IMG/VR virus record: IMGVR_UViG_3300037092_000015
Location: 11,478 to 75,477 of that record
Length of the DNA stretch: 64,000 nucleotides
Direction: 5' to 3' (one strand)
DNA from: a virus
Of this stretch, positions 47,018-54,442 are shown one piece after another. Below the pieces are notes generated by a model. That model was not told the DNA's origin and made no database searches. It saw nothing but the letters and a program-made list of their open reading frames with translations. A program made the translations under genes and the position numbers. How positions within the stretch are numbered: the first letter of the stretch is position 1; every line of letters starts with the position of its first letter.

Positions 47018-47322
47018 GCGCGCAGGCATTCCTCCCACGTCATGCCGCAGACTTTCTTGTAATGCTTTGCCGAGGCCACCAGTTCCCGCGCGGTCTTTCC
47101 CGACGCGACGACCTGCTCTCGCGTGTAGTCGAAGTTCACCGGCTTTCCGTCTTGGTCCTGCCATTGGCCTTCGCTGCGCTCGTTCCAGCCCAGGACCAGG
47201 AAGTGGGTTCCGTAGGGAGAAGTGATGCGCGCCGCGTCGCACTTGAACATGCGGACGAATCGCCGAACCAAGCGCTCCAGACAACCGCCGACGGGCGTCT
47301 CTTTTGAAGTCGTAGCGTTCAT
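47005..47322 (-). CDS. Cassette protein (starts in attC5, ends in attC4)
   Basis: ...LERLVRR...RAPNK. Confidence 0.65.
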   Translation of the reverse strand: MNATTSKETPVGGCLERLVRRFVRMFKCDAARITSPYGTHFLVLGWNERSEGQWQDQDGKPVNFDYTREQVVASGKTARELVASAKHYKKVCGMTWEECLRAPNK

Positions 47323-47352
47323 GTCGGCGGTGTCTGAGCTTGGTCGTTCGGA
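47262..47352 (+). repeat. attC5
   Basis: GCCGAAC caagc GCTCCAGA...TCTGAGC ttggtc GTTCGGA. Confidence 0.88.
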
Positions 47353-47699
47353 GATGCATTAATGCGCTTGATAATACAGCTTGTGCAGAGCGTTCTCCCT
47401 CGTGTGGTCGTTGGCAGACTCCCCATCCGGCCTGTGTTCTGCGGAAATGCTGCGATGATATTCCTGGCATTGCTCCGCGCTTTGGATAGCTGCTCACGCT
47501 TGTTCCCCCCCAGCCTAGGGGCGACCAGTGCAGATAGCGCGTCCAGCAGGATTCGCTCTCGCGCTCGGACAGCCGTTCCCAGTCCTGAGACTGATGTTGG
47601 TCCGCGGACGATACCATTGCATAGGTCGGTGATCTGGCTCTCAATCGCAGAACCAAGCGGGTCGAGCGAACTGCCCGATTGCGTCTCAGGTTTATTCAT
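47319..47699 (-). CDS. Cassette protein with C-terminal CxxC
   Basis: Starts in attC6, ends SPNDQAQTPPT in attC5. Confidence 0.6.
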   Translation of the reverse strand: MNKPETQSGSSLDPLGSAIESQITDLCNGIVRGPTSVSGLGTAVRARERILLDALSALVAPRLGGNKREQLSKARSNARNIIAAFPQNTGRMGSLPTTTRGRTLCTSCIIKRINASPNDQAQTPPT

Positions 47700-47738
47700 A
47701 GCGTTTTGGCGGGCAGTCGCTCACCCGCGGCGTTCGGT
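47647..47738 (+). repeat. attC6
   Basis: GCAGAAC...GAGCGAACTGCCCG/CGGGCAGTCGCTC...GTTCGGT. Confidence 0.82.
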
Positions 47739-47995
47739 GGAAGCGGTTGACCGCATTCCTTGCAACAGCTTGGGGCCTTCTGCTTCTCTGCCAGTTCTGC
47801 GTCGTGGACCAGCATCGCCGCTGCCAACCTTCGGCTGGCCATCGTGAAACGGCGCCACAAATATTCTTCGTGCGTTTGCAGGCACGGCCTTGGTCTGTTC
47901 GTATGCGCCAGCGCCCATGCATCCCTCCACCAAACGCACCGAACCAATCGCGGCAGCGAACCGCCGACTGGCGTTGTTGCAATAGGGGTGTTCAT
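47696..47995 (-). CDS. Cassette protein with CxxC
   Basis: Starts in attC7, ends PPNAAGERLPAKTL in attC6. Confidence 0.6.
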   Translation of the reverse strand: MNTPIATTPVGGSLPRLVRCVWWRDAWALAHTNRPRPCLQTHEEYLWRRFTMASRRLAAAMLVHDAELAEKQKAPSCCKECGQPLPPNAAGERLPAKTL

Positions 47996-48031
47996 TGGTG
48001 GTTATCGCCGCCGCTCAGCTTGTCGTTGGGG
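47938..48031 (+). repeat. attC7 (more degenerate)
   Basis: ACCGAAC caatc GCGGCAGC...GTTGGGG. Confidence 0.7.
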
Positions 48032-48058
48032 CGCTTAGTCACTCCACGCCCAGTTACG

Positions 48059-48334
48059 CTATTGCGCGGTGTTTTCACACGCCGGTAGTGCCGATGTGTC
48101 GGCGACTTTCTTGATGTCCCCAAGCTTGGCTCGTACGTCGTCAATGTGCAGGCATTCCGCCAGGTTGCATCCAGCTTGGTCTGCTACCGGCACGGCTAGG
48201 TTGCCGTTGCAGGCGTCGTTTCCAGGAGTCGCATCGTGGAGTATTCCGACGATGGACTTCACGTAGTATCCGGGCGGCACGATGCGGAGCACGCGGTCCC
48301 CGTTCTTTGCTTCTCTTCCGTTTGCGTAGTGCAT
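48059..48334 (-). CDS. Cassette protein (MHYANGREAKNGD type)
   Basis: 91 aa, self-contained within its cassette. Confidence 0.7.
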   Translation of the reverse strand: MHYANGREAKNGDRVLRIVPPGYYVKSIVGILHDATPGNDACNGNLAVPVADQAGCNLAECLHIDDVRAKLGDIKKVADTSALPACENTAQ

Positions 48335-48360
48335 ACTTATGTTCTGTGTTTACCGTCGCG

Positions 48361-48455
48361 CCCTAACCAATCACTAGAGCGAATGCAGGCGGGCGCTGCC
48401 TGTTCGCAAATGGGTTTGTCAGTGGCCGCCTGCATCGCTCAGTTCTGTGTTCGGT
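48361..48455 (+). repeat. attC8
   Basis: CCCTAAC...GTTCGGT; near-identical to attC3. Confidence 0.9.
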
Positions 48456-48646
48456 GATGTGTTTTCCACGGTCACATACCCAAGGAATGCCATCGTTTTC
48501 CCGCAACAGCGAGGCATGGGAGCATCTGCCCCGAGATAGGCAGGCACATATTCCTCTCGCCCACACTGTCGGCAGTAGTGCTTGAAGCATCTCACCGAAC
48601 GAGCCGCGTCAGCCAACGGCGGGGTTACGCTTTTAGTGTTCTTCAT
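48419..48646 (-). CDS. Zn-ribbon cassette protein
   Basis: YCRQCG...PRCCGKTM; ends SPNTELSDAGGH. Confidence 0.6.
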   Translation of the reverse strand: MKNTKSVTPPLADAARSVRCFKHYCRQCGREEYVPAYLGADAPMPRCCGKTMAFLGYVTVENTSPNTELSDAGGH

Positions 48647-48685
48647 ACGTCCTTTGGCCCGCCGTGGCTGCGCTCTGTGTTATGC
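48594..48685 (+). repeat. attC9
   Basis: ACCGAAC...CAGCCAACGGCGGG/CCCGCCGTGGCTG...GTTATGC. Confidence 0.85.
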
Positions 48686-48769
48686 CCTACCATCGGAAGG
48701 TTCCCGTATCGTCGATTTTGCGGGTGAGCCACCAGACCACGATCATCAGTATTATCAGTTCCATATGGT

Positions 48770-48964
48770 TTATTTATTCCCTCTGAGCAGGCGGTAGGCG
48801 CGGATCGCTACAGCGTCCCACACGGCTACTGATTCGCTTGGCAGGTCTCTGAATTTACAGAGGGGGCGCCCCCAGATTGATTTTGGCTGGCTCAGCATTT
48901 CTTTCCGGCTAGCGTTGTAGAGTTTGATAGCCAGTGTTCGGGCTTCATCTAGTTTTTGTTTCAT
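48770..48964 (-). CDS. Cassette protein
   Basis: 64 aa, ATGA-coupled. Confidence 0.5.
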   Translation of the reverse strand: MKQKLDEARTLAIKLYNASRKEMLSQPKSIWGRPLCKFRDLPSESVAVWDAVAIRAYRLLRGNK

Positions 48965-49194
48965 GGCAGTAGGTCGTTGAGGCGCTTCTGGAGCGCGGTT
49001 GCCAGCACGCTAACCTTTGTCTGTTGCTCTGAGGCTGGCAGGTTTTCGATTTCGTAGCACAGGTTCAGCGCGGCGCTTCTGGCGTCCCCGATTCCCCGGT
49101 GCAGTTTGATTTCTTTCGCAGTCGTAGCCGTGGCCACCTGCGAGAGTTCCAGATACAGGCTGTTGATAGTGTCGAGTTCCATAGGCATAACCAA
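48961..49194 (-). CDS. Cassette protein
   Basis: 77 aa, starts at attC10. Confidence 0.55.
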   Translation of the reverse strand: MVMPMELDTINSLYLELSQVATATTAKEIKLHRGIGDARSAALNLCYEIENLPASEQQTKVSVLATALQKRLNDLLP

Positions 49195-49243
49195 TCACGC
49201 CACCGAACCGGCTCCGCGCCGGTCGGTGAGTTCCTTGTTATGC
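49185..49243 (+). repeat. attC10 (59 bp)
   Basis: GCATAAC...CACCGAACCGG/CCGGTCGGTG...GTTATGC. Confidence 0.88.
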
Positions 49244-49473
49244 CTGCACCCCAGGACGTGAGTGATGGTGCCGCCATTCGGGCCGGGGTCGTTGAGGCAC
49301 TCGGGGCACTGCACGGCCATTTTGTCCGCGCAGGTTTTTCCCGGCGCATATGTCGCGCAGTTCGAGCATTCACCGAGCAGATACCATCCGCACCAGCACT
49401 TTGCTGCCGCTGGCAGGTTGCTCAGCATGTCCATGTATTCTTGTTGGTCAGAGTTAAACATCGCAGCGCTCAC
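49195..49473 (-). CDS. Cys-rich cassette protein
   Basis: CWCGW...CSNC...CPEC; ends RHNKELTDRRGAGSVA. Confidence 0.6.
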   Translation of the reverse strand: MSAAMFNSDQQEYMDMLSNLPAAAKCWCGWYLLGECSNCATYAPGKTCADKMAVQCPECLNDPGPNGGTITHVLGCRHNKELTDRRGAGSVA

Positions 49474-50153
49474 AATTCATCCGGTTCGCAGGCGTTGTCG
49501 AAGTGCCGCTTGTCCTTCTCGACGCCGATAAATTTACGACCAGTCCGCAGGCAGGCGATTCCCGTGCTGCCGCTGCCCATGTATGGGTCTAGCACCGTTG
49601 CCCCGACCGGCACGCCAACTTGTTCCAGACACCACGCCATCAGCGCGACCGGCTTTTGGTTGCTGTGGATTCGCGGCTCGTCCTTTTCCTTCGCTTGCGC
49701 ACCGTTCCAATAGCGCGTTTTCAGCCGCAGAACGCCGTCCTGGTTTGTCCACGCCGTCTCGCCGTCGGCCTGGTCGTTGCTTGGGATGCCTTCGCGCTTG
49801 TCCCATATCAGCCACCGTGAGGAGTTCGGCAGGCGGTTCGCGTAGTGATTCGCGCCCCACAGCACCACAATTGGATAGCCGAGCCACGGGCGCGGGTCGA
49901 ACGGCTTGTCATCGCCCATGATTGCCTCGCCATCAGTGCCGAGTTTCACGCCGCCTTTACGCGCTCCGTGGCAGTAGGCGATTCCATACGGCGGGTCGCT
50001 GATTAGCGCGTCCGCGTCTATCCACGGAAGCTCCAGACAGTCGGCATTGATTAGTCGGCAGTCTCCGATTGTGACCCCTAACAAGTCGCTGCACGCAATG
50101 CCCACCGCGTTCACGGTTTGCTTGCAATCGGGTGCTGTTGGCGCGGTGGTCAT
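49470..50153 (-). CDS. DNA methyltransferase (N6A/N4C, beta class), cassette-borne, slightly truncated at C-terminus
   Basis: SDPPYG, HSNQKP, DPYMGSGSTG. Confidence 0.9.
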   Translation of the reverse strand: MTTAPTAPDCKQTVNAVGIACSDLLGVTIGDCRLINADCLELPWIDADALISDPPYGIAYCHGARKGGVKLGTDGEAIMGDDKPFDPRPWLGYPIVVLWGANHYANRLPNSSRWLIWDKREGIPSNDQADGETAWTNQDGVLRLKTRYWNGAQAKEKDEPRIHSNQKPVALMAWCLEQVGVPVGATVLDPYMGSGSTGIACLRTGRKFIGVEKDKRHFDNACEPDEL

Positions 50154-50173
50154 GCGTGAGCTAGTCGTTATCC
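50076..50173 (+). repeat. attC11
   Basis: CCCTAAC aagtc GCTGCACG...CGTGAGC tagtc GTTATCC. Confidence 0.88.
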
Positions 50174-50488
50174 TTCATGCTGTGTAGGTATTCCGTGGTC
50201 AGGGTGCTGGTATTCTGGATACTTGCGGCCCTTGACAGGCTCTCCGCGCAGCGGAGCTCCGCACTGCTCCATACATGCCACTCCAGTTGCTGTGATCTGT
50301 CGGATTTCATGCAGCGCCTTGTCGTCGCCGTGCCCTGTTACCCACGCATGGCGGGCATCGTTGCACAGTTTTTCGATGATGAGCAGCCACTCGGCTACAC
50401 AGTGTTGATGATCGGGCCACTTCTGTTCTTGGTAGGCGCGTTCGCCTTCGATTGCATGTCTTACGTCTGCATCTATATGTCGATTCAT
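50168..50488 (-). CDS. Cassette protein, helical MazG-like candidate
   Basis: AIEGERAYQEQKW...EWLLII...EIRQITATGVACME. Confidence 0.55.
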   Translation of the reverse strand: MNRHIDADVRHAIEGERAYQEQKWPDHQHCVAEWLLIIEKLCNDARHAWVTGHGDDKALHEIRQITATGVACMEQCGAPLRGEPVKGRKYPEYQHPDHGIPTQHEG

Positions 50489-50489
50489 A

Positions 50490-50580
50490 GGATAACGAGT
50501 CGGTTCAGCGACTGCCGGGTTCGCGTTTGGGTTTCAGTTCGGGAGTCAGCGGCCCGGCATCGCTGACCTCTTTGTTCCGG
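50490..50580 (+). repeat. attC12
   Basis: GGATAAC gagtc GGTTCAGC...GCTGACC tcttt GTTCCGG. Confidence 0.85.
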
Positions 50581-50891
50581 GCTGCCGATCCGGAACCTTT
50601 GCATGTGGGGCATTTCCGCCCTGGCTCAGCTTGTTTGTTCGTCGCGCCGGAATGAGCGCCGCCAGCCTCTTCCTTGGCTGCCGCAAGTTCACCCTGCCTC
50701 AGCCGAACGCTAGCCGTGATTGACTGCCGCATGGTCCAGCCGTCCTCGTCGCGGCCTCGCGCCTTCCAAAATCGCCGCGCACCGGCCCTCACCGAAGCAG
50801 CCATCTGACGCAGCGGCTCACCGGTCGGATGCTCAAGCACCGTCTCCCAGTCTCCCTGCTGAATCGTTGCTAGATTTAGACCGTCGTTCAT
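50505..50891 (-). CDS. Hypothetical protein reading into attC12
   Basis: CPTCKGSG, then ARNKEVSDAGP across the core site. Confidence 0.55.
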   Translation of the reverse strand: MNDGLNLATIQQGDWETVLEHPTGEPLRQMAASVRAGARRFWKARGRDEDGWTMRQSITASVRLRQGELAAAKEEAGGAHSGATNKQAEPGRKCPTCKGSGSAARNKEVSDAGPLTPELKPKREPGSR

Positions 50892-51420
50892 CGCGTCACT
50901 CCATCCACGCTATTATCCCACTGTCGTATTGCACCACAGTCACAAGACTCACTTGGCCGCATATCCTACAAACCACCTTTGCCTTACCGCCGCCGGCCCC
51001 GATCTTGAAATACCGATCTACCACCACAGCGTCATTGTGTCCGCACCGTCTGTTTCTTCTTGGCCAGTAGTAGCTACACAATACGAAGAACGATACAACG
51101 CAAGCCGACGGCAGTAACAGTATCACCCAGTCAAGAATCGTCACTTGGCACCTCGCGATTCCTTTTCCGCCTTGTGCTCGACCGGCTTCCGTATCCCAGC
51201 TTTCGGTTCCGTGAACGCCGTGCACTGGCTTCCGTGGTTGCTGACCGCCGGCTTGTTAAAGACGCAGCACCAACCCGCAATGCCAGTGTCCAGCGCATCC
51301 CAGTAGTAGCAGGTAGCACAGGTTGCGCTCATGCTGGTGTGTTATTTTTCATGCTTACACTTTTATGAAACGCCTAGTCACTACTTGGTTTGGAAACCAT
51401 GTCATTCCATCCGGCCGGGT

Positions 51421-51672
51421 CTAGCAAGCCTGCCTATATTTCTCTTCATTTTCTTGCCTCGCTAGTAAAGTAGCTGCGACCACCTGTAATCTTGAAACAT
51501 CCTGCTCTACCATCATCCGCAGCGCGTCCTTGGCCGCAGTTCGCGCCTTGCCAGCCCCGCGCCCCGGCAGCCGCGTCACCGCTTGCAGCGCCAGCTTCGC
51601 CAGTTCCAAGTGCAACTCCTGACGGCGGATACGGTCCTTGCTGGCGCGGGGCGTCTGCATGTCAGTCAACAC
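51421..51672 (-). CDS. Hypothetical protein
   Basis: ORF in operon. Confidence 0.45.
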   Translation of the reverse strand: MLTDMQTPRASKDRIRRQELHLELAKLALQAVTRLPGRGAGKARTAAKDALRMMVEQDVSRLQVVAATLLARQENEEKYRQAC

Positions 51673-52471
51673 TCTCGACCAAGTGCTTGAAGAAGCTTCG
51701 GTTCAGAACCCGGAACGTCGCCAAATGGCCTGTGCCTAGCTTCTCGACATATTGTTTGGAAGCCCAGTAGGCCAGATTGTGCACAGCCGTGTCCGGTTTC
51801 ACCTTGTCAATCAATGCACTGTGACCGTTAGCAACCACCGCCTGCATTAACTCGTCGCATGTGAAAGGTTTTTCAAACTTGAGCACCGCCCGCTTCATTG
51901 CGGCCCCAAGCGTGCTAGGAGCGTCCAACAAGTCCTCAGTGCTTCGCACAGCAGCTTGAATCTTTACCGCGTCAGGCTTCGGCGTCCATTTCTGCACGAC
52001 AGTCACCGCGCCTTCTGCTACAAGTAGCGGCTTTGTTTTCGACCAGTAACCGTAACCAGCCGACCACAACTTACCGTCCCGCTTCTGCCGATTGGCCCAG
52101 CAACTCACTAGGCTCTTGCTGAACCCGGAAGCCTTTCGTATGGCCCGCAACTTCATAGGGTCCGGCATAGATTTGACTATGCCCCACAGAACGCCGTCCG
52201 TACTACCGGGCGCTGGCACTGGCTTCCTGTTGCCGTTTCCGCCGTTCCTTGAAGCAGGCTTTGACAACCGCGCACCGTGCACGGTTGAAGTTCTTTTAGG
52301 CGCAACCGGCATGGTTGGCTGGTCTGGCATATTGCATCCTGACTCCCCTTCCCGGAACGCCTCCAGTTCCTTGATTAGTGCCGTGAACCGTTCAACCCTC
52401 GCCCGTAGCGCCGCGATGGTGTTGTTAATTGCCGTCATCATGTCTTGTGCCCTTTCGGATTGGTTGGCCAT
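51662..52471 (-). CDS. Basic protein with possible winged-HTH domains
   Basis: 269 aa, K/R-rich. Confidence 0.55.
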   Translation of the reverse strand: MANQSERAQDMMTAINNTIAALRARVERFTALIKELEAFREGESGCNMPDQPTMPVAPKRTSTVHGARLSKPASRNGGNGNRKPVPAPGSTDGVLWGIVKSMPDPMKLRAIRKASGFSKSLVSCWANRQKRDGKLWSAGYGYWSKTKPLLVAEGAVTVVQKWTPKPDAVKIQAAVRSTEDLLDAPSTLGAAMKRAVLKFEKPFTCDELMQAVVANGHSALIDKVKPDTAVHNLAYWASKQYVEKLGTGHLATFRVLNRSFFKHLVESVD

Positions 52472-52653
52472 GCTTCCGCCATTGTAGCCAACGGCTGCCC
52501 TGGCGCAACATAATTCTGCTTTGTTTTCGACCCGGCCGCTTCCGCCTCTAGCTGCTCCAGCGCCAGCGCAGCCTCCACCAGCAGCCTTGCCAACAGGTCG
52601 TCACCTCGCGACTCAGCCGCGTCCCGTAGCCGTTGCACGATGGTGTTGCTCAT
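52438..52653 (-). CDS. Hypothetical protein
   Basis: MSNTIVQRLRDAAE. Confidence 0.5.
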   Translation of the reverse strand: MSNTIVQRLRDAAESRGDDLLARLLVEAALALEQLEAEAAGSKTKQNYVAPGQPLATMAEAWPTNPKGHKT

Positions 52654-52895
52654 AGCATTTCTAAGTCATCATCTGCGCACCGGCGCGAACAGTATTCTTT
52701 CCACCACGGCAGCCACAGCGGCACAATGGCCCGGTGGCAGTTCTTGCCTGGCACCCACGCCTTTGGGTCGCCTTTGTAGCTCACCCAGCTTACAGTCCAA
52801 CGCGGCCAGCCACCCCAGTAAGGACGCCCGCACATCATGCACCATTGCAGTGGAATCCACCCAATGTATCGCCGCCAGTAGTATCGCCACTTCAC
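52650..52895 (-). CDS. Trp/Cys-rich hypothetical protein
   Basis: CMMCG...YCSRRC. Confidence 0.5.
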   Translation of the reverse strand: MKWRYYWRRYIGWIPLQWCMMCGRPYWGGWPRWTVSWVSYKGDPKAWVPGKNCHRAIVPLWLPWWKEYCSRRCADDDLEML

Positions 52896-53113
52896 TGCGG
52901 CACCTCCATTCGCCTATCCTTCACGAACCGCTGCTCCCACTTGCTAAGCCCCGCCAGGAACGTAGCCCTGTATTGCGAGTCTAGTTCGTCGTGCGTCTTC
53001 CTCAACTGCACCAGCTTGTTCCGTTCGTAATCTGGGTTTGTGACCTCATACCCGCCGCCACACCCGCCGCGGTTGCCGCCTCGCGCCCGGCTGGAATTTG
53101 CAATGGTGCTCAT
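52892..53113 (-). CDS. Hypothetical protein
   Basis: Coupled ORF. Confidence 0.45.
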   Translation of the reverse strand: MSTIANSSRARGGNRGGCGGGYEVTNPDYERNKLVQLRKTHDELDSQYRATFLAGLSKWEQRFVKDRRMEVPQ

Positions 53114-53124
53114 TGTTTTGCTGT

Positions 53125-53445
53125 GATTGAATGCACGCGCCGGGAAGTGCTCAGGCGTCGTATTTCACGGAGCGGGAGCCGGTGCCCAGGATATTCCCAA
53201 CAGCCTAATATTTGAGAAACATCCTGTCCCGGGCCGTGTCTGCGTCCAACCCCGCTAAGAGCGGACAGATTAGACCGCGTGCATCTGTTCCACGCTAAGG
53301 AAGCCTTTCCCGAATTGCTGTGCGTTAATTCGCTCATGCGGAAGACTGGGGACCAGACCCGTTTAAGTGAGGGCTTCTTGCGCTCTGGCGCGTGTTCGCG
53401 TGATAAATTGTTAGTCGGTCCGGCTCGCGACCCGGCAGGAAGCAT
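53125..53445 (-). ncRNA. Candidate structured RNA
   Basis: ATGCACGCG (53131-53139) pairs with CGCGTGCAT (53276-53284); CAGGAUGUU/AAUAUCCUG; further hairpins; overlapping ORFs look non-protein-like. Confidence 0.4.
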
Positions 53446-53554
53446 CTCAACTTCCTAATCTCTGCATTCTCCGCAGCCTCCATTGCTTGCAGCTTGCGAT
53501 TCAACGCTACAGCCTTCTTTCTTCGGCTTCTAGGTGTGCTGCTCATAGCATCTC

Positions 53555-54095
53555 AGGGTTGCATCAGGTTTCTCGCCTTACACCCTGTTGATCCCTACTC
53601 AAACGGGAGCCAAGCAGCACGCGGCCACTGGCAGGCACCAGCCTTCCCGGTTGTTTCAAAAGTCCCATCTCAGTGTCTGTTCGCATCGCGGGCTTTAGCG
53701 AGTCCCGGTAGCAACAAGTACTTTTGAACCTTACAGCATCAAACCAATCGTCTTGCGGACACTTTTTTGGCAACGGTAAGCCATCCCTCCGTGACGGGAT
53801 CATCAAGCTTTCGCGTATGACAACAATCGGACACCCTTCGCACCGCCTTGTGATGTTGGCTGAACTTTCCAGCCGTTCTTGTTGCCGCCAGTCGGGTTTT
53901 ACCCCAACACGGGTTGTGAATTTCATGGCACACGAATGCGCCATCCGAAGCCGTAAGACCAATGTCGAATGCGTTCTCACGGTAGTTTATCGCAGATGGT
54001 TTGATCTGGCCAGTGCCCAACAGGAGCATCACATCTGGCGGTGTGGTCCGCATTATAGCGGCGTGTTCCCCGGCCTTGCGGATCATCGGGGTGAT
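53555..54095 (-). ncRNA. Large ornate non-coding RNA (~540 nt)
   Basis: Three nested long-range helices crossed by a 14-bp pseudoknot; UUCG/GNRA hairpins; directly follows a tRNA-like RNA. Confidence 0.75.
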
Positions 54096-54103
54096 GAAAA
54101 TTG

Positions 54104-54227
54104 TGGACGCGGCGGGAGTCGAACCCGATGCCCTGTGTTGCAAGGGAATTATCCTTGCCGGGGAATAGTTCCAGGTAGTCGGCGCCGACTGCCAAGAATC
54201 CACTGCCGTTGCCACGGCTACGCGCCC
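54104..54227 (-). ncRNA. tRNA-like RNA with G3-U70 pair and enlarged anticodon domain (124 nt)
   Basis: Acceptor GGGCGCG/CGCGUCC-A, D arm GCCG-UGGCAA-CGGC, T arm CGGG-UUCGACU-CCCG. Confidence 0.75.
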
Positions 54228-54413
54228 ATAAAGAAAATCCCCAGCGCGGCCTTTCGGTCGGCTGGGTGCGAATTTCCACTTGGTGTAGTGCTGCTGGAAC
54301 ATGCGAACGTAGGCGTTCATTGCAGTCGCGGTTTGCACAAAGCTTCCGCGAACCAAGCGTAATTCTAATCTTTTTCTCATATTCCTCAAGCCCACTACGG
54401 CTTGAACATTTGA

Positions 54414-54442
54414 AATATACGTGCAGCGCATCCACGGCGCAA
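54414..54442 (-). promoter_or_regulatory. sigma70-type promoter of the RNA locus
   Basis: TTGCGC-17-TATATT with an upstream A tract. Confidence 0.7.

Larger units (their letters stand above)
44555..50596 (+). mobile_element. Integron-type gene cassette array (12 attC sites, no integrase in window)
   Basis: Twelve imperfect inverted repeats with R''(..AAC)-L''...L'-R'(GTT..) architecture; each GTT core usually complements the next site's AAC core. Confidence 0.9.

Noticed and set aside
44555-50596. CRISPR array or REP/terminator explanation for the repeats
   Set aside because: The repeats vary in length and sequence, are separated by gene-sized units, and show attC box structure with cassette-end complementarity
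54104-54227. tmRNA (ssrA) or standard tRNA-Ala call
   Set aside because: Too short for tmRNA, has a D stem and no tag ORF; lacks a 7-nt anticodon loop
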